Below, one piece after another: positions 48,941 through 61,565 of a stretch of 64,000 nt of DNA. Below the pieces are notes generated by a model. That model was not told the DNA's origin. It worked only from the letters and a program-made list of their open reading frames with translations, and did not search any database. The translations under genes and the position numbers were made by a program. Source of the stretch: Mobula hypostoma (taxonomy: Eukaryota). Every line of letters begins with the position of its first letter. Position 1 is the stretch's first letter. The stretch lies in the NCBI RefSeq assembly GCF_963921235.1, contig NC_086109.1, positions 23,190,001 to 23,254,000 on the forward strand, read 5' to 3'.

Positions 48941-51319
48941 ATCATTGATTGTAAAGATAAAACTGCACAGCACAACAAATAAACTCAACAGTACAACCAT
49001 TCCACAGTTCTTTTTCTTTTTGAATCAAACAGTCTGCATTTTGGATGTCTTCATCTTTCCCACAGTCCTCCCTTAAGTTCAGGTTCTAGCTACGTGGTTG
49101 CTGCTCTATTTGGAGAAACACAAAGTGCGCATTTGCAATACAAATAATGAGATGATTAGCTTGGATCAGATCAGTTTTGTCACATGTATATTGAAAGATC
49201 GAAACAGAGAGTGAAATGGTTTTTTTTCTTGTCAACGAACAACACAGTCCAAGGACTGTACTGGGGCAGCCCATAGGTGTTGCCAAGCTTCCAGTGCCAA
49301 CATAGCACGCCCATATTTCATTAACCCTAACATGTGCCTTTGGAATGTGGGTAGAAACAGAGGCACCCAGAGGAAACCCATGTAGTTACAGGGAGAACAT
49401 ACTAACTCCTTACAGACTGCAGGAGGAGTTAAACCCTGACTGGCGATCGCTGGCGCTGTAGAGCAATCACATTAACCGCTACGCTACTATGCCACCCTCT
49501 ACACCCACTACTCCCAGTAGAGTCCACAGAGCAACAAACATTATTAATTTACTCATCTAACCATCTAAATGCAAGGAAGTAAACTACAACAACATCTCTC
49601 AGAAGTGGGGTGACTTCTCATAAAAAGCAATGATTTGAAGGACAGTCGTGCATGAATGATGCACGCAGAAATCAATCGGCCACAGCTAAAGTTGATTGCT
49701 GGGGAAATAGGAGTATTTCTCCACTGTGGCTGACTAGAGTGCTGTATCTGCCTGCAACTCTGACTCTCCAGTCCCTTTCTCCTGATATTTATCAGCTCCC
49801 ACCTTTCACGCATTGAACTCTTCACATCTTGCCCCACCTCCAATGATACTTCATTTGAACTGACCTCCCGATGCCACTCAAAGTCCCTGTTCCTGATAGG
49901 CATCCCTCCACCCCAAAATAAGCCAAACTTTGTTCCAATTCACCCCATCTGAGCCTCACCATCTCCAAAATGAAGACAGATATTATAACCACATTAGAGA
50001 TGATCAAGGTCAATACACTTTAATACCAGATTCTAAACAACTTTCTTATACTGTCTTGCAGTTTTCCAAAGCCTGCAAAGTCACTACGCTAATTTGTAAC
50101 CATTGCAAATGGATGCAACTTCTTGCTTCATGTTCGAAATCCAGTGAGAAATTGGAACTTATCACATTGTATTGAGAGTTGGTACGATGGAAACATTTTG
50201 AAAGGAAACTTTAGAAACATCATTCAGGTTTTATAAAATGGCAAGATGGATTCTGTTGAATCCTAAGTCAACAGAAATATAATAAGTCCTGCCTGCCGGT
50301 GAATGAATTAAAAGACGTGGAACTGCATCCCTACAGGAATATGGGTTGGATGTGTTGACAGGTGGTGGAAATTATGGTTGGCTGGTCCTGCATCTGAAAG
50401 ATACAGTGTACGCAGAGCACAGAAATTAATTGTGGACGCAGCAAGAATGATAAAGAATAGGTGACAAGCCAGTAAAACATCATTCTGCAGTCACTAGGCT
50501 TTACCAATGTTTGTCCTTGAGGATGCATCAGTGACTGAGGAGCAGCCTCAAATTACTTGATTATGGATTAAAAACTCAGAACTGCTGTAAAAGAAATGAC
50601 GACACACGCAGCCGACAGGATCAAATTTTTTAAGTACTTGGTGCGATCGTCCCAACGTGCCTTGAAAAACAAGGACGTCAGAAACTCACAAAAGCAGTAA
50701 ACATGTTTGCTCATCTTTACTGCTGTGCAAATGTAACAGCATGGACTTCTAAAGGAAAAAGTAAACTCAAAATTGTCGTAATTTAAAGACATGAAGATAG
50801 TCTGGGAGCTCCAACCAGAGAGGGGAAAAAATGACAAAGTCTGATCTTGTGTTAGCTTGACCTTGAAATCTACCATCTTCAAATGGAACAAAATATATTC
50901 ATTCAATTATCAGTGAGTACAGGGATAAGGGAGTCTGTGCTACTATCACATTTTGACAATCTGCTTGGACCGAAACTGGATGTATTGGCGATTGCTTTGC
51001 AAATTTAGTTGACAATAATGAGGCCGATTTGGAGGAAAAGATCATCTGAAGTACAAAGAGAGAGTGGAGAGAATAATTAAAATGAGTGTTTTACATTGGC
51101 ATTTCTTTCCTTAAAGACCAGAGATTTAGGGCGGGTGAAAATGAACCAGCCTGGGTGAAACTAAAAACAGTAGGAGGATTCGAAAAAGCTGCCTGTGCTC
51201 CAAATAGTTCACCCAGCTCGGGTGGATGCTTCCCAACTCCTGAGGGCCCAGGATGCAAAAATGCAGAAAGACTCGACATTTCCTTCCATCCTTCGTAGAA
51301 TCAGGGGAAGATACAAATG

Positions 51320-52335
51320 AACTTTAAATACAAAAAAAATGCTGTCTATATGAACTTTCCAAAAACATTTGTCCAAATACCACATAAAAGGCCAATAAGC
51401 TGAATCAAGGCCCATAAAAAATTGCAATTAGTGGTAGCATGGATAAGAAAATTGGCTTAAGTACAGAAAGCAGACAGTCATGATTTCTTTTTTCCATCAG
51501 ACTGGAATTTGGGAGACAGTGATGTTTCCCAGACGTCAAGCGCAGAATGTTCAGATTATTTGATATACATTAATGAAATATACTGTAGATATGCAGTGTT
51601 AATTTTCTAAATTTGCAGATGAGACCAAAAGGACATCGTTAAACACAAGAAATTTTGCAGATGCTACAAGGACATACTATAGACATGCGGGCAAAAGAAA
51701 AGTAGATAAAATTTTACCCAGATAAGTGTTAGTTGATACACCTTGGAAGAAAGCACAAGCAGAGGCATTATGTACTAAATGGCACAATCAGGAAGGTGCG
51801 CAGAGCTGAGCACAGCAGCTTGTGCATGCACGTTTAAATCTTCGACGTAAAGAATGCAGCTTATAAATCCAAGGCTTCATATGAAGAGACAAGAAACAAG
51901 TGAGGAGATTATGCTAAGTGCTCTTAAAGCAATGATCAGGGCAAGGACAAAAGTAAAGTACTGCACCCAACTGTGGTCACCACACTTCAAGGAGGGTTTG
52001 AAAATCCTTCGAGGGAAACATGAGACATAGTTCCAGAGATGCGAAGCTACAAGAGGAGATTAGGCTGTTCTGCTTGAAGATTTGATAAAGGCAAGCAGAA
52101 TGGAGACAGATTTGGATAATTTAAATACCCATGCAAGGTGAAGGGGAAAAGGTGCTAAATGATGCAAGGATTATTTTTTATTGCAGAATGGATATAACCT
52201 AAAACCATAACGGATGGTTAAAAACAAAGTGGTAATGGGGAAAATATTTCCCAATGCTTCAGGTAAAGAGGAGGCAATTAGAATTCATGGATCTACAAAG
52301 AGCTGATGGGTCTCATTGCTGCATTGATTTTATGA
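51320..52335 (+). mobile_element. Very old CR1 RT remnant
   Basis: Degenerate VYMNFPKTF..IPH, KFADETK, IHLGRK and YCTQLWSPH. Confidence 0.6.
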
Positions 52336-53342
52336 TTTATGATTTTAAAAAGATAATGCCACTTCTGTTAACTCAACAGCAGCAACCTATTTCAATCTAT
52401 TTCCTTTTATAATCTTTTATATTTGTGCTTTTCGTATACTCATTGGCTCTAGTAACTGACAATCTTCTGTCTCAATTGTTATACGTTGAAACAAATCAGA
52501 GTGAAAAATCTAACTTATTTTTCAGCTATTGGTCTTTTATTTTGTTTCCTTGATACCCAGTGGGGATTAGTCAAATTATTTTTACTATTCACACTGCAGA
52601 TCAATTGCAATTTTGCAAACCTCATTACAATCTCACCCATCCTGCTCCCAAAGCCCCAGCTTCTCCACCATTTAACCCCCCCTCCCCCACCCAAGCTAAC
52701 TCTCTTTACGTGCTCTCTTTTACCCAAGAGAACACTTCCAGGTTACATTTCATGTGAATATACTTTGAATCTTCTTCATCCCCTGGCCATGGCTCAAATC
52801 CTCATTCCTTTTATAGGGACCGCTGGAGCTGCACATTACTCTACCCACACTTGATGAGCCAACAGCGCGTGCACTGTATGACGAGAACACAATTAACCTG
52901 TCTTTATCCCTCTTCTGCAACTGCCAAATAAAGGTTGCACATGTGTTCATATCTTCCAGAACTGAAAATGCTGGCTTCGATTTATGCAATTTTATCTAAA
53001 ATCCGCTAATTGCTTAAAATAAGCTAATCAAGGGAATTCACAGAGCTGCATCAGAGAGAAGTGAGGCCTCCAAGTATAATTATCTTCCACTTATTAATTT
53101 AAAATTGCAAGGTTTACCTTCATACTTCTTATGAGAGAAGACAGCCTGTATTGAAAAGGGAAGGCACCATCCAAAATGAATTCAAAGGCAAACAAGTATG
53201 GGAATGTCTATGGAAAGAACAGCATTTTGCAGGAGCATCGTATTACAACAATTGACTCTTTGCTCAACAGTTAGCACTTCTTCGTGGAATCTACCTGCAC
53301 AACCTCAACTTCGTGAGGCGGAGCTTCACACTCTATGTGGAT

Positions 53343-53422
53343 CAGGGGTTCCCAACCTGGAGTCCACAGACACCTTACTTAATGGTATTGGTCCGCTGCC
53401 TACAAAAGGTTGGGAACCCCTG
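53343..53422. mobile_element. 80-bp hAT (Charlie-like) MITE
   Basis: Perfect TIRs CAGGGGTTCCCAACCT and AGGTTGGGAACCCCTG. Flanks ATGTGGAT and ACGTTGAT match at 6/8. TIR is nearly the same as that of 7111-8346. Confidence 0.85.
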
Positions 53423-53489
53423 ACGTTGATTGAGCTGCACTCATCTGAAGAATACCTGATAAAGGCAATAGAGAAGTATTTGATAGTGA

Positions 53490-55135
53490 GGTGTTCACCG
53501 AGCTTGCAGACATTTCATCACCAGTCAAGGTGACATCCACAGTACTCACATTTATATAAGCTCCAATTTGCTTACCTCAGTCCTGATTGGCTATCCCTTC
53601 AGTTGACCTTTGAATTCTATTGGCTCGCACTTCTTTGGCTCTGTGGGGTTTATAGATGGCGTCTACTTCTCTACGTGTGTTCACGGAGCTATCAGAAGAG
53701 AACCATGCTTCTAAAAATTCTCGTGCCTGCTTCGAGTTTGCCTGCGCCAGAACCAGAAGCAAATGGTGTCTTTCTCGGTCTTCATGTACCGAGATCAATG
53801 ACAGCGGATCATGTCTCCATACCACCAGTCTGTGTTCCTGTAAACGAGCTGAAAGTTTACGTCCTGCCTAGCTGACAAAGTTCTTGTTGCAGTCTCCGCT
53901 GATGACCCTGTACACCACATTGCTTTTGTTGGTTGTCTTTACTGTTTCAATAGGTATATTTAATGTCAGCCAAATGTAAACATTATACATCCCCCAGTGG
54001 CCACATATTTTAATTCCACGTCCTATTCCCATTCTGATATGTCTGTCCACGGCCTCCTCTACCGTAAAGATGAAGCCACACTCAGGTTGGAGGAACAACA
54101 CCTTATATTCCCTCTGGGTAGCCTCCAACCTGATGGCATGAACATTGACTTCTCTAACTTCTGCGAATGCCCCACCTCCTCTTCTTACCCCATCCCTTAT
54201 TTATATACATATATTTTTCTATCTCCTTTTTCTCCCTCTGTCCCTCTCACTATACCCCTTGCCCATCCTCTGGGTTTCCCCCCCCTCCCCCTTTCTTTCT
54301 GCCTAGGCCTCCTGTCCCGTGATCCTCTCATATCCCTTTTGCCAATCAACTGTCCAGCTCTTGGCTCCATCCCTCCCCCTCCTGTCTTCTCCTATCATTT
54401 CAGATCTCCCCCTCCCCTCCCACTTTCAAATCTCTTACTATCTCTTCTTTCAGTTAATCCTGGTCTCGGCCCGAAACGTCGACTGTACCTCTTCCTAGAG
54501 ATGATGCCTGGTCTGCTGTGTTCACCAGCAATTTTTAATGTGTGTTTATTATACATCCTGAATTTCTTTTTCATCACAAACATCCACAAAAAGAGGAGTG
54601 CCCCAAAGAATGAATGACAGTTAAATGTTAGAACCCCACAGCTCCCCCCCACCCCAGATCCCCCCTCCCATGCACAAGCAGCAGCAAGGCAATGGCCCCC
54701 CTCCCTCACCAGCAAAAATGCATCAGCATCCTCCATCAAGCACTCAAGCATGCAGCAAGCATCAATAAAGACACAGACTTGTAGTGCCCCAAAGACTACT
54801 CATTCACCCGGTATTCAACATACCATAGGCTCTCTCTCCCTAATAAGGGAAAAAGCGATGTCCCCGTTTCACAGCGAGAGGAGACATAACAAACGACTCG
54901 CTGATTTACGATGTTAAAAGTCTGTTGCATTGCTTTTCCCGGGCTCTGCACCCGGAGACTCAGCACAGAAAGGCGCAGCCCTCTGGACACACAACCTCTG
55001 GCAGCAAACCTGCTTCGTCACGTTCTCCCGTGACGTTTCAGTCAGAGGCACCATGGTTCTTGAGACAAGCTTCCTTAAAGTCACTGTTGGTTTGAGAGTG
55101 ACCATGATGCTGTGAGGTTCGAGATTCAAACGCCT
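53490..55135 (-). mobile_element. Old Penelope-like element (Poseidon-type GIY-YIG), split by nested insertions at ~53943-55035
   Basis: ~55040-55130 reads PHSIMVTLKPTVTLRKLVSRT. 53580-53940 reads KSNVVYRV...DC...RHDPLSLISVHED...AREFLEAW...VN...VDAIYKP. Degenerate hammerhead at 53505-53546. Confidence 0.75.
53993..54547 (+). mobile_element. Neptune-type Penelope 3' fragment with 11-bp TSD; hammerhead core partly deleted
   Basis: PVATYFNS...EEQHLIFPLGSLQPDGMN. TSD ATTATACATCC at 53982-53992 and 54548-54558. Ribozyme remnant AATCCTG[del]GTCTCGGCCCGAAACGTCGACT. Confidence 0.9.
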
Positions 55136-57166
55136 CAAACCAAGCTACCAATATTCACCAGCATCCTAAATATAGAAGCACCTCTGCTTGAGAGCTAAAT
55201 CAATGATTTAACTAGTCTTGCTGTTGCATTTGAATCTGAGGCCTACTGGAAAGAGTAGATTGTTGAGATCTTCTATCAATGCTGGATGTAAATAAGGAGG
55301 AACACAGGAACTAGCAGAAAAAGACCACTTAACCATCAGTAATCCTTATCAATGTCAGAAACCCATCTTCAGTAGTTTGCAAAATAAAACTTCACATTTT
55401 CTGGAAATATTATATAGCAACCCACTGCATCAAAACATTATCGTAATGCATTCTAGAAGCCACAAAGTGAGCAGTATTAAAAGCATCAAGATCTCCCAAA
55501 ACCATCTCTCGTGTGTCTACCGACACGCCCGCAGCGCAATCGACAATTGTTGCTGCGACAGGAACTAACCAGTTGTCTGGTGATAGCATGCTGTTTTGTT
55601 TTTGACTGAGCTGTTGCTAACATGCCATTACAGTAATGGTGCTAAGGTCAGCTGCGCCTCAGCCTGCATTCATAGTTAATTATTCTTTCAAGCCAATGCT
55701 TCTTTTGTGCAGTCGGTGTTCATGGATTTTTTTTTTCCCCTCTCTGCTAGCGAGCAGAGAATAGCTCCATAGGGAACAGGCCACAGCAGGCCTCAGAGCA
55801 TTCCCCTGCCAAGACGACAGAGGCAGCTGACAGGAAAGATATGCTTTTGAAATTTAACGTGAATCGGAGGAGAATTTGTTCATCTTGGTTTACTTGTTTT
55901 CTTTGGGGAGAAGAGAAGAAAGAAAACGCTTTTGATGCATGCTCATTTTCAATTTTCCTCTGGAATAAAAAGTACTGTAGTCAACCAGCAGTTCCTCTCA
56001 AGAACGCCGTCTAAGTAACATTTTTCACGTGGTCGTCCAGATAGCAGTGCGCCAGCTGGACATTTTACACCGGCAGCACAATAGTGCAGCAGTTAGTGCT
56101 GCTGCCACACACAACCAGGTTCAATCCTGACCCTGAACGACCTCCGGTTTTGTCCCTGATGCATGTGCACATTCTCAATGGGAGGCTGTCCTGGGTCATA
56201 ATGGGACATTGATAGGCTGCAGAGCTGGGTCGAGAAGTGGCAAGTGGAGTTCAGTCCGGGAAAGTGTGAACTGATACATTTTGGAAGGTCAAGCTTGAAG
56301 GCAGAATACAAAGTTGATGACAGGATTCTTAGCAGTGTGGAGGAACAGAGGGACCTTGGTGTGCATGTCCACAGAAAACTGCCACACAAGTTGATTCGGT
56401 GATTAAGGCGGCACATGTTGCATTGGTCTTCATTAGCCGGGTAATTGTGTTCAAGAGGTAATGGAGAGCGAACGGTTGGATTGATCTTGGAATGAGTTAA
56501 AAGGTTAGCACAACATCATGCACTGAAGGGCCTGCACTGTGCTGTACTATTCTATGTTCTAGAGAGACAGAAGGAAGCTGTCAGCCCATCAACATATTTC
56601 TCTGCAACCTATTCTTTCTCAGACGCACTTCGAATCCCTTCTGATCGCCTTGTTGTTGAACTGTCCTTGGAATAAATTTACAGCATCCTTGGATTGTGGG
56701 GTGGGATGTAGAGGGGGAAAAACTGGAGTTTCTGGATATCAGCAATGCCAACATCAGGCTGTTGTTTATTGATTTCAGCTCAGGGTTCAACACAATCATA
56801 CCCTCAGTTCTAACCATCAAGCTCCAAAACCTGGGCCTCTGCAACTGGATCCTTGACTTCCTCACCAGGAGACCATGGTCCGGGCAGATCAGAAATAACA
56901 TCTCCTCCTCGCTGGTAATCAATACCGCTGGACCTCAACGAAGCTCACTGCTCTACTCCCTCTACACCCACGATTGTGCGGCTCAGCACAGCTTAAACAC
57001 CACCTATAAATTTGATGCTGACACCAGTATTGTTGGTAGAATTTCAGATGGTGACGAGGGGGCGTACATGAGTGAGACAGATCAGCTGGTTGAGAGATGT
57101 TGCAGCAATAACCTTGCATTCATCCAGGGAATTGATTGTGGACTTTCAGAAGGGGAAGTCGAGGGA

Positions 57167-57168
<2 letters not shown>

Positions 57169-57206
<38 letters not shown>
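57169..57206. repeat. (CA)n microsatellite
   Basis: Direct reading: ATACACATACACACACACAC... A (TG)n tract also lies at ~42798-42822. Confidence 0.9.
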
Positions 57207-57207
<1 letters not shown>

Positions 57208-57589
57208 AAGGCTCATTGAGGGATCAGAAGTGGAAAGAGGGAGCTGGAAATCACAAATACAAGAAATTCTGCAGATGCTGGAAATCAAAAGCAACATGCT
57301 GGAGGTACTCAGCAGCCCAGGCAGCATCCACGAAAGAACAAGCAGTCAATGTTTCTGACCGAGACCCTTCTTCAGAGCATTCTAGCTGGTTGTACCACTG
57401 TCTGGTAAGGAGGGGCCACTGTACAGGACCGAAAAAAGCTGCAGAAAGTTGTAATCAACCAAATCCATCATGGACACCAGCCTCCACAGCATCCAGGACA
57501 CCTTCCAAAGGTGATGCTTCAAAAAGGCAGCTTCCATCACCAAGGAACCCATCAACCAGGATGTGCTCTCTTCTCAGCTGAGGTGGTGT

Positions 57590-57843
57590 TTAAAAAAAGT
57601 TTGTCCTGAGCCTTGTGGCCCGTCAGGCCAATGCTTATGCCGGTTTCTGTGGCATGAAGCGACTGAGAATACCAGACTCTCCCCCCCCCCCCCGATAGGA
57701 TGCCAATCTATCGCGAGGTTAACCCCCAGCATTTGCCAGTACCCATTTTCAGCTGGGTTGAAGACACAGCATGCTGCCTTGGCCAAGACTCCAACCCACG
57801 ACCTTCAGATCGTGAGTCCAACGCCCTAACCACTTGGCCATGC
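57590..57843 (-). mobile_element. tRNA-derived SINE with MetaSINE-like central domain and 13-bp TSD
   Basis: Head GCATGGCCAAGTGGTTAGGGCGTTGGACT...GGTCGTGGGTTGGAGTC. Core GGGGGTTAACCTCGCGATAGATTGGCATCCTATC...GTCGCTTCATGCCACAGAAACCGG. TSD GCTGAGGTGG(T/C)GT at 57577-57589 and 57844-57856. Confidence 0.75.
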
Positions 57844-58589
57844 GCTGAGGTGGCGTAGGAGCCATAAAATACACACTCAATGTTTTAGCAACAGCTACTG
57901 CCCTTCGCCCGAGCGATTTCTGAATGAACCAATGAACACTACCTCAGTGCATAAGGAGAAGAGAATTCTACTTATTTAATTTTCTTTTATTTTACATGTA
58001 TTGTTTGATAGATTTTTTTAATTATGTAATTGCACTGTACTGCAATAGCAAAACAACAAATTTCAAGACCAATGCTGGTGACATTTAGCCTGATTCTGAC
58101 CACGATCCCACCATTTGTTTTTTCACTTCTGAGAAAGCCATGTTAACAATGCTTAATCAGACAGTACTATCCAAATACGTGTAGATCCTATCTCTATAAG
58201 CATCCTCTCAAATAGCTTGCACACCACTGAAGTAAGACTCACTGATCTACAATTCCATGGGTTAGCCCTATTAACATTTCAAGGAAAAACATGTGCCACC
58301 CTCCAATATTCTATGGATGCTCCTGTGGCCAGTGGAGATGCAAAGATCATAACTAAACATGCAGCAATCTCTTCCCTCGCTTCCTGTAGCAACTCGAGGT
58401 ATATCCTGTCCAGCCACAAGGACTTATCTATCCTAATGTTTTTCAAAAGTTCCAGCACATCCTCTTTCATAACGTCAATGTGTTCCAGCATATCAGCTTG
58501 TTTTACACTGTCTTCTAAACCTTCAAGGTCTCTCTCAAATTGATACTTTGTTTTAGTGTTCACAAGGACCTCCCCTACCTCCCTTCAGG

Positions 58590-61565
58590 CACAGGGGGAT
58601 GGGAACCAGAGCGAAGGGACTCAGGATGGGACAGATGGTAAAAAAAGCAAAGAGAGCATGCAGTCAGACTGTTATGAAGGGAAGGCAGATGATAGGACAA
58701 AATTGCAGCCAGCAGGGTGAGTATCAGTGCATTAGGGACGCAGAATCAAAAAGGGTAGCAAATACACTATCTCAATCATGGGGTATAAGAAATAAGGTGG
58801 ATGATCGTGTTGCATTTTTACAGATTGTCAGGTACGATGTTATGACCATCACTGAAAGGTGGCTGAAGGATGGTCGGAGTTGGGAGCTGAATGGCCAAGG
58901 TAACATATTGTATCAGAGAAACAGGAAGGTAGGCAGAGGATGTAGCGTGGCTCTGTTGGTAAAGAATGGCATCAAATCATTAGAAAGTTGTGAGACAGGA
59001 TCAGAAGACGTTGAATCCTGGTGGGCTGAGTTAAGAGAGTGCAAGAGTAAAGGACTGTGATGGCAGATATATACTGGCCTCCCAATAGTAGCTGAGATGT
59101 GGTCTACAGATAGCAGGAAATAGAAAAGATGCGTCAAAAGGGCAATGTTGTGATAGTCATGGGAGATTTTAACATGCAGGTGGATTGGGAAAATCAGGTT
59201 GATAATGGATCTCAAGAGTGAATTTTTTGAATGCCTACGAGATGACTTTTTAAGAGCAGTTTGTCATTGAACCTACTAGAGAATCAGCTATACTGGATTG
59301 GGTGCTATGTAATGAACCAGAGGTGATTAGGGAGCTTAAAGTAAAGGAACCCTTAGGAGGCAGTGATCACAATATGACCGAGTTCAACTTGAAATCTGAT
59401 AGGGAGAGAGTGAAGTCTGACATAGCTGTATTTCAGTGGAGTAAAGGAAATTACAGTGGTACGAGAGAGGAGTTGACCGAAGTAAATTGGAAGGAGATGC
59501 TGGCAGGGATGACAGCAGAGCAGCAATGGTGTGACTTTCTGGGAAAAATGCGGAAGGTGCAGGATAGGTGTATTCCAAAAACAAAGAAATACTCAAATGG
59601 CAAAATATTACAACCGTGACTGACAAGGGAAGTCAAAGCTAATGTAAAAGCAAAAGAGAGGACATACAACAAAGCAAAAATTAGCAGGAAGATAGAGGAT
59701 TGGGAAGATATTAAAAACCAACAGGAAGTAAGTAATCATTAGGAAGGAAAAGATGAAATATGAAAGCAAGCTAGCAAACAATATCAAGGTCAACAAAAAA
59801 AGGTTTTTCAAGTATATAAAAAGCAAAAGAGATGAGAGTAGATATAGGACCGCTAGAAAATGAGGCTGGAGAGGAAAAAAAAACAGGGGTCAAGGAGAAG
59901 GCAGATGAACTAGATGAGTATCTTGCATCAGTCTTCACTGTAGAAAACACTAGCAATTTGCCAGATGTTGAAGGGTGTGAAGGAAGAGAAGTGAGTGCAG
60001 TTGCTATTACAAGAGAGCACCTTGCTCAAAAAACTGAAAGGCCGAAAGGTGCATAAGTCACCCAGACCAGATGAACTGCACCCTTGGGTTCTGAAAGAGG
60101 TAGCAATAGAGATCGCGGAGACATTAGTAATGATCTTTCAAGAATCATTAGACTCTGGAATGGTTCTGAAGGACTGGAGAGTTGCAAATAACACTCCACT
60201 CTTTAAGAATGGAGGGAGGCAGCAGAAAGGAAATTATAGACCAGTTAGCCTTACCTCAGTGGGTGGGAAGATGTTGGAGTCAATTGTTAAGGATGAGGTT
60301 ATGGAGTACTTGGTGACACAGGACAAGACAGGACAAAGTCAACATAGTTTGCTAAAGAGAAAATCTTGCCTGATAAACCTGTTGGAACTCTTTGAGGAGA
60401 TTACAAGTAGGATAGATAAAGGAGATGCAGTGGATGTTGCATATTTGGATTTTCAGAAGGCCTTTGACAAAGTGCCATACACAAGGCTGCTTACCAAGTT
60501 AAGAACCTATGGTATTACAGTAAAGTTACTAGCATGGTTAGAGCATTGGCTGATTGGTAGGAGGCACTGAGTGGACATAAAAGGATCCTTTTCTGGTTGG
60601 CTGGCAGTGACTAGTGGTGTTCCACAGGGGTCAGTGTTGGGACCACTTCTTTTTATGCTGTATATCAGTGATTGTGCTTTGCCGCCATGTTTGCAGATGA
60701 TATGAAGTTTGGTGGAGGGGCAGGTTGTGTTGAGGAAACAAGATAGCTGCCAATGGACTTAGCCAGATTTGCAGAATGGGCAAGAAAAGTGGTAAATTAA
60801 ATACATGTTGGAAATTGCATGGTCATGCACTTTGGTAAAAGAAATAAATGTGCAGGCTATTTTCTAAGCGGGGAGAAAATCTAAAGATCTGAGATGGAGA
60901 GCCAGTGGTAAGGAAGACAAATGCATTGTTAGCATTCATTTCAAGAGTCCAGAATACAACGGCAGGGATGTGATGCTGAGGCTTTCTAAGGTACTGATGA
61001 GGACTCACCTTAAGTATTGTTAACCGTTTTGGGCTCTTTATCCGAGAAAAGGTATGCTAGCATTGGAGAGGGTTCAGAGGAGCTTCACAAGGATGATTCT
61101 AGGAATGAAAGGGTTATCATATCAGGACCGTTTGATGGCTCTGGGTCTGTACTCACTGGAATTTAGAAGGATGGGGGGGGGATCTCATCGAAAGCTTTCT
61201 AATGTTGAAAGACCTAGACAGAGTAGACGTGGAAAGGATATTTCCCACAATGGGGGAGTCCAGGACAAGAGGGCACAGCCTCAGGATAGAGGGGAGTCCA
61301 CTTAAAACAGAGATGCGGAGAAATTTCTTTAACCAGAAGGTACTGAATTTGTAGAATTTATTACCACAGGCAGCTGTGGAGGCCATGACACTGGATGTAT
61401 TTAAGGCAGAAATTGATAGGTTCTTGATTGGCCACGGGATCAAAGGTTACAGGGAGAAGGCCGGGGACTGGGGTTGAGGAGGGGAAAAAAGGATCAGCCA
61501 TGATTGAATGGTGGAGCAGACTCGACAGGCCAAATGGCCGAATTCTGTTCCTATGTCTTATGGAT
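58590..61565 (+). mobile_element. Long CR1 LINE with nearly the whole ORF2 (APE endonuclease and RT), disrupted; inserted in an older minus-strand CR1 (~58100-58590 and ~61570-61630)
   Basis: Endonuclease motifs IRNKVD, ITERWL, GDFN, LDWVLCN, LGGSDH. RT motifs NYRPVSLTS, YLDFQKAFDKV, GVPQGSVLGP, FADD. CR1 tail at ~61500-61565. Many stops and frameshifts. Confidence 0.93.

Larger units (their letters stand above)
56725..58100 (+). mobile_element. Rex1/Babar-type LINE remnant with internal microsatellite, PLE-tail and SINE insertions
   Basis: IRLLFIDFSSGFNTIIP...LCNWILDFLT...LLYSLYTHDC...KFDADTSIVGRI. Tail at ~58030-58100. Confidence 0.8.

Noticed and set aside
56696..57358. 220-aa ORF with a THTH repeat
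   Set aside because: A Rex1-type RT remnant read through a (CA)n microsatellite and an antisense PLE tail.
57770..57843. tRNA gene (also considered at ~46433-46495 and ~35435-35505)
   Set aside because: No complete cloverleaf is evident, and each continues into a SINE body and tail; two have TSDs.
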